The notes: a model not told the origin generated them from the sequence alone. 64,000 nucleotides of DNA from Octopus vulgaris (GCA_951406725.2 OX597819.1:104470001-104534000), one strand, 5' to 3'; shown: positions 28,113 through 43,198, numbered from the stretch's first letter. Program-made: numbers and translations.

Positions 28113-28340
28113 ACTAGTGGTTCTCGACCAGGGTCCATATGGCCCTAGGCGGTCCATATAAAATTTTTTCTTAAAATTTATTTTCAATAAACTGATTATA
28201 CTTCTCTAATACACAAAATATTTTAATTTATTTTATATAATATCTAATAATATTTAATTATAAAAATATAAGAACTTTTAAAACATAAAATGACTGTGAG
28301 GGTTCATCGAAGTACAATAGGAATAACAAAGGTCCACTGG
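28113..28340 (+). mobile_element. Possible hAT-derived MITE remnant
   Basis: Begins tagtggttctcgacc, resembling Charlie-type CAGTGGTTCTCAACC ends, with an AT-rich interior. No matching right end seen. Confidence 0.35.
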
Positions 28341-28554
28341 CCGACATCATTTGCCCAAGACCGGAGAAGCAAGCAGCCAATCTGTTTATCTACATAACAG
28401 ATTCAGCAGCCTTTGTGAGTAGAAACGACTAATTTGCATATTTAACACTTTATTTAATATTAAAAGCATGTCATCGGAGATCCCAGGCCACGCAACCAGC
28501 TGTAAGTGTATATGTATATATGTATAATTGCATATGCACATGTGTATGTATGTG

Positions 28555-28636
<82 letters not shown>

Positions 28637-28702
28637 ACTGCTAAAGTCACATATAATATTATAACACTCGATATATATAATTAACAATATTTTCTTTCCG
28701 AT

Positions 28703-28870
28703 TACATTCTGAGTTCAAATTCCGCATAGGCGGACTTCGCCTTTCATCCTTTCGGGGTCGATTAAATAAGTACAGGTTACGACTGGGGTCGATGTAATCG
28801 ACTTACTCCCTTTGTCTGTTCTTCTTGTTTGTCCCCTCTATGTTTAGCCCCTTCTGGGCAATAAAGAAAT
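28703..28870 (+). mobile_element. Deu/Nin-like SINE, family B, 5'-truncated
   Basis: ttctgagttcaaattcc..cctttcatcctttcggggtcg..aaagaaat. Confidence 0.85.
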
Positions 28871-29304
28871 AAACATTTTCTTTCCAATTATTTCTCGAGT
28901 ATATATTCAAGTCCTTAAATTTAGATACCGGTAAAACACGTGTTTTAATGTTGGCTAATTTAAAAAAAAAAAAAAAGGTTTTCCATTTTAAAATATCGTT
29001 CTCACACATTTACATACGGGCTTCTGTGCATGCGTATGAGTTTGTGTATATACTTTTCTTTGCATTTCATTTTCATTTTCATGTCTACTCTCTGTATAAC
29101 GTGCAATTTCCACTTGATACTCCAATACTAATTTTTAATCAAATATTCTAGAAAGGATAGGTATTTTCACAATAAGTGATGCGATCTTTCAAATTTGTAT
29201 TCGGCTCTCGGTTTGCTTTGTTATTTTTTTCCCGAGGTTCCTCTTGCTATGGAATATATGTGGCCAGTATTTTATCTAGTCCATTCCTTAACTCTTGTAC
29301 ATAC

Positions 29305-29305
<1 letters not shown>

Positions 29306-29383
<78 letters not shown>

Positions 29384-29530
29384 CATACATACATACATAC
29401 ATACATACATACATACATACATACATACATAAATACATACATACATACATACATACATACATACATACATACATACATACATACATACATGCATACATAC
29501 ATACATACATACAAACATACATACATACAT
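29306..29530. repeat. Compound (GATA)n(CATA)n microsatellite
   Basis: Seen directly. Confidence 0.95.
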
Positions 29531-29727
29531 ATGTGTGTGTGTGTGTGTACACATGTGTGTATAAGGCAATGTTGATGGATAGAAATATAACGAGGAGAGA
29601 GTAATGTTGAGAGAGAGGGTGAAAGAGAAGAGATGAGAAAAATGCGATGAAGAAAGAGTCGTCAATGGGAGAAAAACAAAAGAAATGGTAATAATAGCGA
29701 CCAGAGGGAAAGAGAAAGTTTGAAAAG

Positions 29728-29775
<48 letters not shown>

Positions 29776-29793
29776 TACATACATACCTACATG

Positions 29794-29857
<64 letters not shown>

Positions 29858-29941
29858 AATTTACATACATACATACATACATTCATACATACATACATAC
29901 ATACATACATGCATTCATACAAAAATACATACATACATACA

Positions 29942-29974
<33 letters not shown>

Positions 29975-30250
29975 GCGGTTAGGGCAGCGGACTCGCTGTC
30001 GGAGGATCACGGTTTCGATTCCCAGACCGAGCGTTGTGTGTGTTTATTGAGCGAAAACACCTAAAAGCTCCAAGAGGCTCCGGCAGTGGGTAGTGGTGAC
30101 CCCTGTTGTACTCTTTCGCCACCACTTTCTCTCACTCTCTCTTCCTGTTTCTTGAGTAACGCTGCGATGGACTGGCGTCCCGTCCAGGTGTGGGGGAACA
30201 CATTCGCCACAGAAACCGGGCCCATGAGCCTGGCTAGGCTTGAAAAGGGT
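29975..30250 (+). mobile_element. tRNA-derived SINE with Meta-like domain
   Basis: tRNA-like head ggttagggcagcggactcg..ggtttcgattccc. The 3' part ctgcgatggactggcgtcccgtccagg..acagaaaccggg..gggcccatgagcc resembles the MetaSINE domain as recalled. Confidence 0.65.
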
Positions 30251-30289
30251 GACGTCGTTTATCGTTACATATATGTATATCTCCTTATC

Positions 30290-30710
30290 TTGTTTTTCCT
30301 TGTCCTGTCTTTTACTGTTTATAATTTGTACTGTCGTTACTGTCCTGTTTTTGTTACCATTTTTTACCCCTCTGCGAAAAGATCTCAGAATTTTAATTGA
30401 TTTGCTTTTCGCAGGAAGGAAAGTTTCTTGTCGAAAATACGTCTCGCTTTCACATTCGAAACGTAGAGTAGATGAAACCATAGCGACTGAAGAAGGGGTT
30501 TTTTCTTTGTGTTAATTGTCCTGTACTCTATTTTTTTGTTGTTTAAAAAAATGTCCAGTTCCTTTGGTTTGAGTCTATGTTTTTGCTTCTCATTGTGTTC
30601 GACGTCTTTTTGGTGTCCTGTACTCATATATGCGTGTATATGTACATGTAGAGGTAGGTACGTACATATATGTTTATATATATGCATATGTTTATTTTAT
30701 TTATTAATAT
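30290..30710 (+). mobile_element. Dispersed ~420-bp repeat, family P2 (possibly Penelope-related)
   Basis: Inverted homolog at ~50105-50530 shares ttttacccctctgcga, tcgcaggaagg, ttcgaaac, ctga(a/t)gaagggg, ggtgtcctgtac and ggtacgtacatatatgttt. Confidence 0.65.
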
Positions 30711-31495
30711 ATATATATATATAAAACGAAGAGAAAGGATCGTGAAGCTAGAAATATAAAGAAGTAGGCATTAAGGCATTAAGTGAGAAGGAAAGAGAGG
30801 AAATGAAAGAAGAGATAAAGAAGGAGAAAAAGAAGACAAGTAGAAAATGCGGTTGAGACGGTTCCAGCTGTCATCCACGTAATATTTACCAGATATTTTT
30901 TTCTTTTTGCTTTAGGGGTTAAAGATTGTTTTTATGTCAAAGAACGGAAAGCTGACGACATACAAGAGGTAGAAAGAAGGGTTAATACCCTTCCAACTCC
31001 GGCCCACCCGTTAACAATTAAGAGTCATGAAGTGTCACACAATAATCAGTCATCAATTACACTCTTCGGATCAAGAGGGAAAGACGTATAAAGCGATAAT
31101 ATATGATGACGAGGTTTTTAGGGTGTCGAGTCAAAAGAGCACGTGGTAGAAGTTTGGAAGGTTAAGGTGTAGAGGGTATAAATTTGAGACTTGGACCCAC
31201 CTTCTACCTCATAAATTTGGTGTGCCCCGACGTAAGTATCACAAGGGTGAGTGATGACCGATATAAAATTGAGTGCATACATACCTATACATACATACAT
31301 TCATATACATACATACATACATACATACATACATACATACATACATACATACATACATACATAGACAATATATTTATACACTCTCACACGTACGCACACT
31401 CACACACCCATATATATATATATATATACATACACACACTCATACACACATACACACGCACACACACGCACATACACACACATATAATGAATTAA

Positions 31496-31715
31496 AGAAA
31501 ACGAAGAAAAACAGAGAAAAAGACAAGAAGAAAAAGCAACGTGAAGACGTAGCACATGTAAAGTATTAATAAGACCTTTAGAGACGGAAAAGAGTAGTTG
31601 TTTTACGTTTCGAGCATGCTCTTCTTCGGAAACAGGAAAAATAGGAATGTCCAAAGGAAACGTCAGTTGGAGAGAAAAAATCGCCAATAGTACGCGTGTA
31701 ATTACATTTTTGAAG
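31496..31715 (-). mobile_element. Penelope-like pseudo-LTR, family P1
   Basis: Homologous to 62860-63075 and contains a hammerhead-like motif. Confidence 0.6.
31600..31635 (-). ncRNA. Minimal type I hammerhead-like motif (variant core CCGAAGA)
   Basis: Minus strand gttt-CCGAAGA-a-gagc at gctc-GAA-acgt-A-aaac. Confidence 0.5.
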
Positions 31716-31779
31716 TATGTACAGGATAAAGATCCTTCCCGTGTCATAAAGACTCATATATTCCCAACGTGGAGGCGGA

Positions 31780-31937
31780 AGCCAGTGTGAGGCAGGAGTA
31801 CTCACTTTTATAAGCTGAGTGGACAGGAGGAACGTGAAGAGAAGTGTTTTTCTCAAGAACACAACGTGCTGCCCGATCCAGGAATCGCAACCACAATCAT
31901 ACGATCTGTTCACCACCCTAACCATTAAGCCACTTGC
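31780..31937 (-). mobile_element. Degraded tRNA-derived SINE, family C
   Basis: Minus-strand gtggcttaatggttaggg..gcgattcctgg..tgtgttcttgag..acactt..gtccactcagct. Related copies at ~33765-34031, 5640-5760 and 2395-2490. Confidence 0.65.
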
Positions 31938-32002
31938 TTCTCATGCACACATATACACACACGCGCACACACATGCACACACTCACACGCCCACTCTCAT
32001 AT

Positions 32003-32220
<218 letters not shown>

Positions 32221-32945
32221 TATTAATCCCATATGCTGTCTCGTTTGGAGGTCCTTGGTTCGCGTTGTTAGAGAAAAATGTTCTGATTCTTTCGCATAAA
32301 TTTCCAAGGTTTTCGACGATTTCGGAGGTCATATTTTTCTCATCGATTTCCTCATTGTTCTCTCGATTGGGTTCATGTGTCGAGTCGAATTTTTTCAAAA
32401 ACGTTAACAGATTTGTGTTTATTTTCTTGAGTTCTTTAAGTATTTCTTCATTTATGGTAGTGATTCTGTCTGTTTTTGTCAGTATATGGGATCAATACTC
32501 TCACAACATACCAAATGAAACACAACATAGTACCACAATGGAACAAATCACTCAGAGATAGAAAGTTCGCCTGTTGGAAGATGATCGAAAACAAAATTTC
32601 CCACGTAAACTCCAGATGAAAGCCATTACAGATGAACCTGAAACACAAAGACGCCTCAGGGAAAGAATGGCAATTGAAAAGATGAAAATGGAAATAGAAC
32701 TTCTAAAATTGAGGGGCCAGACGAATGAAGATAAAGTAAAATCCATCGATGAAGAGATCAACCAAGAAATTAGCAAAATGACCCAAGGCCGATCGATAGA
32801 AGATACTCCAAACTAGGGAAAGAGGATTGTGACAAAGAAGAACTGAAATCCCTCTAACACTGGGAGAACAGCGCCTCTTGGTTCTCAAACTAAGAAACTA
32901 TCTTTCAAACAGAGCACGCTTCCAACAACCCTTTCCTGCAAATAA
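32221..32945. pseudogene. Decayed coding fragment with inverted 5' part (probable retroelement N-terminal region)
   Basis: The minus-strand ORF ends ..PPNETAYGIN. The plus-strand remnant starts VYGINT..QWNKSLRDRKFACWKM..FPRKLQMKAITDEPETQRRLRERMAIEKMKMEIELL. Family assignment is uncertain. Confidence 0.5.
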
Positions 32946-33057
32946 AAAAATCAAAACAACACTCAAACACTGTAGCATTTTCTACCTTGACATTTTTCCA
33001 TATATGTCAATTCTTGTATTCCTTTTTAACCTTCTACGTATATATATATACATATGA

Positions 33058-33088
<31 letters not shown>

Positions 33089-33517
33089 CACACGCACATA
33101 CACACACACACACATACACACACACACACATAAATACATATATTCTTAAACTCTTTGATTGGCTTCAGCTAGAAGCTGTGACCATGCTGGACCACCATCA
33201 CCACAACCTTTGGGTTACAACTCTGACGCTCTACCGAGAGCGTATATAGTTACACATCTATATGTAATCTATCCATATACCTGCATATGAGTGTAAAATT
33301 TGTTCATGTGTATAAATTACCTATCCTATAATGCACTTCTCAAGTTTCACATCCAGTTCTAGGTCAACAAAGTGAATAAGGTCTTTATGCTTCTGCCTGC
33401 GTGATTGTGTGAGTACACAACACACACGTATTTGCACGTGTATATATCAAACACAAATATGTAAACATATATGCGCGTATACATACATATATATACATAC
33501 ATACATACATACATACA

Positions 33518-33551
<34 letters not shown>

Positions 33552-33691
33552 ATTCGACAAATACACACAATGTTTACTTCGCTAGAATTGGCTCAATTGA
33601 AATAGATTACGATCGTAGAGGAAACCTTCAGATTATGTGTGTGTGTGTGTGTGTGTATGCAAAATATATATGTGTATACATACACACACAC

Positions 33692-33758
<67 letters not shown>

Positions 33759-34049
33759 CATATGAAAGTTCCAGTTGATCCGGTCAACTGAAAAGCCTGC
33801 TCGTGAAATTAACCTGCATGTAGTTGAGCACTCTATAGACACGTATAACTTAACGTATTTCTCAAGGTGATTCAGCGTGACACAGCGTCATCCTTTGAAA
33901 TACAGGTACTACAACTTTGTGCCAGCTGAGTGGACTGGAGCAATGTGAAATAAAGTGTCTTGGAATTGCAGGGAATTGAACTCACATCTTTACGATCGTG
34001 AGTCGAATACCCAACTAGTAACCCACGCGCCGTCACACACACACACACA

Positions 34050-34790
<741 letters not shown>

Positions 34791-34967
34791 TCATATATTT
34801 AAGATATCGTAAACTAGAATGAACAATTGTACACCTTCAATTTTGTTTATTATAGTATTATTTTTATTAAGTTCATATCATATTCCAAAACGATACGCGT
34901 GCCTGCTGCATTTATACATATTTATGTACATAGTTAGTTGGATAGCTAGAATAGGTACATAGCTTGG

Positions 34968-35101
<134 letters not shown>

Positions 35102-37865
35102 TATTGAAAATGAGTTAGTGAATTTATTTCCTCTTAATTCTTTACAATTTTTTAGGAATACATTATCGGTCTTTTCTAGATTGTAGCTTTACGCTCAGGG
35201 CAAAATATTTTCAGCGCGTGTTGCTGCCATCAATGAAGACAGAGCCATTTATTGTAGGCAGAACCACTGGAATTACTGCATAGATTACCATCGGAAAACG
35301 AATTCCGATTCATACATAATCGATCATCAGGTACTAATGATTAGGAAGTGTACTTTTGATTTGAAAGAATTGGTCGTGTACGTAAGTAGTATTGCATTGC
35401 AAAAACGACCTTTACGACTCAACTTTACGACTTTGACTGATTCATAAAGATATCGTGAATGTTGGGATAACGGTGTATTGGGAAATTACTATGGAGTGGA
35501 CATATGAAATAAATCTTAAGAAATGTAAGAAACTCGGTGTGGAATATCACACACGAGAATGATAATTTACAGTATTTCAGCGGCATTAGAGTTTCATGGG
35601 TTCGTAGCTGTGGCGACCATGTGCCACCTTATTGTTATTGGATGAACAATGGATAGTAAACTATAGAGATAAACAGGGATTGCTTCATCAATAGTGTAGC
35701 AAAGATATATCAAAGAGATGCTAAATGTTGGGCTGAAAAATAAACCAGCGGAAAAATAATTATTGTTTGGCTGCCATTGTTGCTGGTACGAGAAACAGAT
35801 TTTTTTCATCAGTGGTGTAGTGTTCGGTATAAATTTGACAGTTAGCTCAAAAGGAAAAGAAAGCACAATATACCATCGAAAAAAAGAAAATTATTCTAAA
35901 GGTAAAAGGGAATGTTTAGATTTAGACCCAAACAAACTAGATATCCCATTATAGCAATAATACTTCTTGGTTCCGCTGACGAAATCATTGTGGAAGCTAA
36001 AGAAATCATTATATATTAATCATATATATTAATGCGCGAATCGATTATAATCAAACGGTATGACCTCGACTTCCGCCTTCTTCTTCTTCTTCTTCTTCTT
36101 CTTCTTCTTCTTCTTCTTCTTCTTCTTCTTCTTCTTCTTCTCTTTTCTTTTCTTTTCCTCCTCCGCTTTTCTCTTCCTCTTCCTCTCTATCATCATCGTC
36201 ATCATCGTCGTCGTCGTCGTCACCATCACCTTCATCATATCTCATTACCATCGTCGTCGTTATTATTAGTATCATCGTCGTCGTGGCAGTCGTCGAAAGT
36301 AAAAACCACCACTACCCCCCCCCATCAACACCGCTTCCCATTGCTCATCCCCACCACCACTTACCGCGCATCGTCCCACCCGCACCCCATCCTCACTAAC
36401 AACAGCAGCAACAACAACAACAAAACATTGCCAGCAACTACAGTAGAGGTAACTGCAATAATAACAAAAGCAACAACAATAAGATTTTCTTTTTAATTGT
36501 TTTGTTTTGTTTTTCTTTTGTTTTCTTTCGTTTGAGTCCCACCATCTGTCCACTCCCTTCGTCCTCACTCCCTTATCCTTTACGCCACTTCCACTTTCTC
36601 CCACATCTTACCTTTTTATACCACACTCTCTACCCTGACACCCTCATTAAACAAATAACCCACTGTTTTTTCTGATATGAGACAAACAGAAAATTCACCC
36701 TCATTATCACCACCACCACCACCACCACCACCACCGCCGCCGCCGCCGCCACTACACCCACCCCACCATTACCATTGTTATCAACACCACCACCGCTATC
36801 GCCAACATCACTGCCACCATCATCACCTTATCGTCACCCCACCCACTACACCAACATCATCATCATTATCAACACTACCACCACTATCACCACCACCATT
36901 ATAACTACAACCGCAACCACCACTACCATTGCCAATAACCACTTCCCTCACTATTACCATTATCACGGCCATCACTACCAACATAACTACCATCAACATC
37001 ACTATAACCATCAGCAACACATCCACCAGCACCACCACTACCATCAATCCACCATCACCAGTACCACCATCATACCAGTACCACTAGCACCAGCACCGCT
37101 ACTGTTTCTGCCGTCACTGTGAATCCTATTTCTGTCACACAAATAGTCAAGCTTTCGCAGCCCTCATACCCTTTCCCTTACCAACATCACCACCACTACC
37201 ACTCACCATTTATCCCCCGTCTTCTACCCTCTACACCCTTCATCATTTGCCATGTCGAAATCCACCGAACTCTAATTAAACGACGGTCATTCTTGGGTAA
37301 CGCGTGGTTGCTTTTACTGAAAACCCCTCTTCTGCAAACTTTTGCCTCGTCAATTGTCTAGTTTGGGGAGAACCTCTGTGAATAGTCGACAAACTAGAAA
37401 TAGCCGCAAAACTCTACCAGATTACACTGTATCTTCTTACAAAAAGAAGGTTACATTGCATAATGTTCTGGTTCCCAGACCATAAGTAATGATAGGATGT
37501 CGCGGTTGAATATGCCTTTCATCACAACTATTTGATCAGAGAATACATGGGTTTAAACACAGAAACAATAAGAATAACTATAATTACAACGACAACGACA
37601 ACTGTTGTTATTCCAGCTAGTTCTACGTGACCGCTCGATCTGCTCAAAACAGAAGTCAAATCCTCAAGAAATCAGTATGCTGTTTTAAAAGCGAAATTAC
37701 GCGTTGGATATAGCTCACATTCTGAACTTAAACCGGGATGGTCACGGCTGGAAAACTAACGATCAAAGTCTTACTCGTCAGTATTGGTCTAGGAATAAAC
37801 TACATCAACAACAATAACAACAACAGTTAACCCCATTAGACTAACATACTCTTCATTAACATTAA

Positions 37866-38231
37866 TCCTTTGAGCCCTGACCTCCTGAACCTTATTTGAC
37901 CATATACTTGGCACTCTACCGGTGCTACGGTATAGAGAAGAATAAGGCGGCGAGCTGGCAAAAACGTTAGCACGCCGGGCGAAATGCTTAGCAGTATTCG
38001 GTCTGCCGCTACGTTCTGAGTTCAAATTCCGCCGAGGTCGACTTTGCCTTTCATCCTTTCGGGGTCGATTAAATAAGTACCAGTTACACACTGGGGTCGA
38101 TATAATCGACTTAATCCGTTTGTCTGTCCTTGTTTGTCCTCTCTGTGTTTAGTCCCTTGTGGGTAGTAAAGAAATAGGTATAGAGAAGAATAATCCATAT
38201 ACCGGTAAACTGTTGTTACGGGCTCAAAGGG
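37866..38231. mobile_element. Tiny piggyBac-like MITE interrupted by a SINE
   Basis: TTAA|tcctttgagccc ... gggctcaaaggg|TTAA: 11/12 inverted match with TTAA on both sides. Confidence 0.55.
37946..38178 (+). mobile_element. Deu/Nin-like SINE, family B, full length with 17-bp TSD
   Basis: TSD ggtatagagaagaataa at 37929-37945 and 38177-38193. Near-identical to the 25099 copy. Confidence 0.92.
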
Positions 38232-38544
38232 TTAATATTTAACCCTGTCTCTTACCCTTTGTCACTTTCTCTTCAGTTGTTGCCATCTTGTGTCAAGTTT
38301 TCACATCCTATATATATTAGCCACCCTTTAACCATATTTCCTTACCCGTCAACAACCTTAGCACCAATGGACGCACTTTTCACCTTTTAACAACCTCTTT
38401 TAACTTCAGGGATCAACCTTCGTCCTCATTCGTTTGATTCCGTCATCCTTGTCATTTCCTCACTCCACCAACGTTGTTACTCTTCCACCCTTTCACTCCG
38501 CATTCACTTCCTCTCTCTTCTGCAAACCTCTACAGCACTAAATG

Positions 38545-38649
<105 letters not shown>

Positions 38650-39233
38650 GCTTTAATATCCCCTATTACTACTACTCTATCCATTCACGATCTCTCCGCC
38701 CTTATATAATTCGTTTCTGTTTGTTACTTATCCGCCACACCTCACCACTTTACGACATTCTTCGCTACTCACTAGCACCACTAACTAATACTCTCCCACC
38801 CTACGACATCGTCATCAACCTTCGTCTTTATCCGCTATTTGCCGCCTCCTACTGCCGTCTTTCGCCACCTCTCACCACCCTCTGTCTGCTGTCGTCTGCC
38901 GTCTACGAAAAAAAGACAGAAGCAAGAAACAAAAACAAACAAGAAAGTATGCCCTCTGCCACCATTTCCACGAAACCCACTTTCACTATTGAAAATATTA
39001 TTAAATCTGCCATTGATTTGGTGAGTGACTGATGAGAGAGGCGAGGGGTGGAAAAAACGCCGTGGTTATTTTAATATTTCAGGAGACAGCTGCTGGATCC
39101 CTTTAGCAATGATGACCCTTTCTTTAGTTATTAAGAATGAATGGTGAATTAGGTGGGGTGGTGATTGCTGTCCCGACAAATAAACGCATGGAACAACAAC
39201 AACAACAAGGGTAATATAAGTCAGTGATAAAAG

Positions 39234-39311
<78 letters not shown>

Positions 39312-39804
39312 CAATTATAATAATCTATAAAGATAACAATGTGTAATGGAAAAATCGTCTGGCGAGGAGAAACGATGGTAGCAAAACAATTCTTATGAAA
39401 TAGTTGATGATATTTTGGGACCAGCTGGGCCCTAGCAACGAGAGCTTTTTTTTTTTATTTAGAGATTCTAGTTACAGAGTTAGGGAAAACACAATATAAT
39501 ATGCTTCATGCCCTCTAGACTTGCAAAATACAAATTGCTGTTATTATTGGAGTTATTGCAAAATGGCAAGCCGGTAGAATCTTCATTGCATCGGAAAAAT
39601 TGTTTTGAGGTATTTGTTCCGGTTCTTTGCTTTCTGAGTTCAAATACTAGCGAGCTCAACCTTGCTTTTTATCCTTCCAGGTCCGATAAAGTACTGGGGT
39701 CACGTAATAGTCGACGACCCCCGTTCCATCAAATATTACTGATCTTGTTTCAAAATTGGAAACAAATATTTAGTTGTTAGTGTAATACTTGCTTTCGTTT
39801 CTCT

Positions 39805-39861
<57 letters not shown>

Positions 39862-40586
39862 TTTTCTTTTCTTTTCCTCCTCCGCCTTTCTCTTCCTCCA
39901 CCTCCACCACCACCTCCTCCTCCTTCGTCTTCTTCTTCTTCTTCGTCTGCTTCTTTATTAATATCATGGCCATCTCTTTGCAATTCACGAACTAATATAT
40001 CCAGTTAGAAGACTATTTATGGTTATGCAATCTCCATGGGTTATATTTCCTAAAATGTCACCAGACTTCAAAGACTGGTATTCTAGAAATTAGTACATAT
40101 CTCCTTGTAACTCTCATTGAAGTCTGTGTCTTTAGATTCACTTATAGCACATTCCCAGCCAGAAACTTTACTAACATCATCCCTCACATCCACACACTAT
40201 GTTCACTGTAGTTAGAATTTTGTTGGACAAAAGAAAAGAGCTAATCTTTCTTTCTTCTTTGACGTAAATATGAGAAAAGACCAATTGAAACCAAAAATTA
40301 CGTCGTAAAGAGCGGTGAATCAAGGAAATATGTAGAACAAAGCCTGGAGTATGGACGTGTCGTAGAATTTGATGAAAAGATATTGCGAAAGACATTAATT
40401 TGATGGCTGATTATCACTGCTTTAACTCTACCACATGTCCTCGACTCCTCTAGTGGCTTTTGCTGTTGTGAAATATATTTTCTTTATTTGTTTACGTTGC
40501 TTGTATTTCATAACTGTGTATAGATAGGTCTGTATGTACCAATTTATCTATCTCTATATATACTTATACTCTACATACGCACATAT

Positions 40587-40805
40587 CTGTTTCTTTACTA
40601 CCCACAAGGGGCTAAATATAGAGGGGACAAACAAGGACAGACAAACGGATTAAGTCTATTACATCGACCTCAGTGCGTAACTGGTACTTAATTTATCGAC
40701 CCCGAAAGGATGAAAGGCAAAGTCAACCTCGGCGGAATTTGAACTCAGAACGTAACGGCAGACGAAATACGGCTACGCATTTCACCCGGCGTGCAAACGT
40801 TTCTG
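40587..40805 (-). mobile_element. Deu/Nin-like SINE, family B
   Basis: Reverse complement of the family B consensus, slightly 5'-truncated. Confidence 0.88.
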
Positions 40806-43155
40806 TAGGTACATGTATATATGCATAGTCCTACAGACATATATGTCATAATCTTGAGATGCGTGTGTGTGCGTGCGTGCGTGCACGCTCGTACGCTTGT
40901 AGCTTCGATAAATAAGCTCACTGGCGGAGGAGGAACGATTCCTATGATTTTTGTCAGTTGAGGTCGTCTTCTGAGATAGGTGAAACTAATGTGGCTGATA
41001 CCAGATGGAAACATCAACTTTAAAATAACTGTCTTCTTTCCTCCAACCATTTTTTGAGGCAATAAAAAGTAAAGGACCATGGGACATATTCTTCCTTTCA
41101 TGGTTAAACGAAAAAATGTGAGACAACTATATATTTCATAAGTTATTGTTTGAAACTATGAGTTGTCGAAACGAATAGTCACTGAACAACTAGTATTGAG
41201 AGATTTATCGGTATATACCATGTCACCAAAGCCTATGAGGTTACAACAAAGGAGGCTCAGTGTAACCTGGTCATGATGTTTTTCTGGGATCACAGAAAAT
41301 GTTTACGAATATTAAAGACAACCTTTTATATTGTGTGAACCAGAAAGGAGTATAAGAAACTTTGTACCTCTTGATATAATTCCTCTCCGGGACTATGAAA
41401 ATCAACATCCCTGAATAGTTACGTTCAGGAGACAATGCTAAACTACTACATGGTTTAGCCACGTAAAAATCGGGAGTGTCTACGTGGGAACATCAACGCC
41501 GAAGCGTCTAACAGCCGTTTGATCTATTGGAAACAACAACCAAATCTAGTTTAAATCTAACTCTACTGTCTTTATAATGAAGGTACACATTTGACAATGT
41601 TGTTTATGAATAAACGCAGTCAGGATGGTCACAGTTGCGAAGAATTTGATTATTGGTCTCTTCTGTGACTTGACGTGGGACTGAACGAACAATAACGTCA
41701 ATGACAACAGCAATTTGTTAGAAATAACAGCTTAACGCTATTAAAAGAGGAGGGACAGACTCAATAATTTTGTGGAAGCAACAATATGTCTGAAAAAGTA
41801 TAAAGACTGGATTATTATAGCTGGACTGTCTTTGACTAGTGCGATTACCTATGTTGCATCAATGATGGCCGAGGCTAAGCACATGCGACAATTCTCAAAG
41901 TTCGTACGGGAGACTGGCGAATATAACAATGAAAATTCAAAATTTTGATTCCTTTGTTAGTTAAATTTTAAAATAAATTTTTGTGCTAGCAAACGTACAC
42001 ACACAAATAAATACACACACGCACGCACGCACACACATTCACATACACACATAATATATATATACATATACATACACACACACAAACACACACATATATA
42101 TATCACACACACACACATGTATGTATATTCCTCTTTTTAGTTTTGAGTAAATTTTGAACGGTCCAACATGGTAGCTAGGTTGTAAAAGTAAACATCTTTT
42201 GTTATCCTTTATATCTTAGAAAGTCTTGCAGATGTATGTATGTATGTGTGTATGTATGTATGTATGTGTGTATGTATGTATGTATGTATGTATGTATGTA
42301 TGTATGTATGCATGCATGTATGTATGTATGTATGTATGTATGTATGTATGTATGTATACACGCTTTCAAGCACACATATATGGGGATTTATACACACCAT
42401 GTGCACGAGATAGAAATTAATTAGCCACTGTCTTCGTTTCAAATCCAACGTAAAGAATCAAAGACGGTTGGGAAAATCTTTGCTTGAGTTTTCTTCCATC
42501 TTGACAGGTGTTACGACATGACGTCACAGCTCACTTCTCCACCACTTTTATTTCAGAGGGTCTGCATTATGTGACCCCTTTTCGGTGTCTGTAACCTGGA
42601 ATTTTTCAGAGCATCTTATAGAGATATGAAGAGTGTGATAATATTTATACCTGACGGCTGTATTTTTGCTTCTTTCAAAAAACAGATGAGTTCAGTTTTA
42701 GGCTTGTAGTAAAGGAAGGAAGAAAGAACAGAGAAGGAATAGAAGAGGAGACAGTAGAGCTGTTTAGAGAGAGAGAAAGAGAAAGAGAGAAGTCGGAGAG
42801 AGAGGAAGAGAAAGTGGGAGAGAATGGGAGAGAAAGTGGGAGACAGATTGAAAAAGAGATAGAGAAAGACTTCATAGATTAGAAATAACATAAATATAAC
42901 GAAACACACGCATACCTTCATACATACACACTTACGTACATACACACACAGACTTTGTTAGAGGAACATATTTAAGAAGACAGTTGGCCAAGCAGAAAAT
43001 AATAAAAAAATTAAACAATACGCTGATAGATAGATAAATATCCGGTATATATCTATTTAAAAACTTCACATACACGCAAAATATACACAAACAACATGCG
43101 GACACATACATGCATACAGATACAAATACACCCACAAACACACATACACACACAA

Positions 43156-43198
<43 letters not shown>

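Noticed and set aside
30850-31260. YVDD and YVG strings on the minus strand suggesting RT or GIY-YIG
   Set aside because: Isolated short matches in the wrong order, with no supporting motifs.
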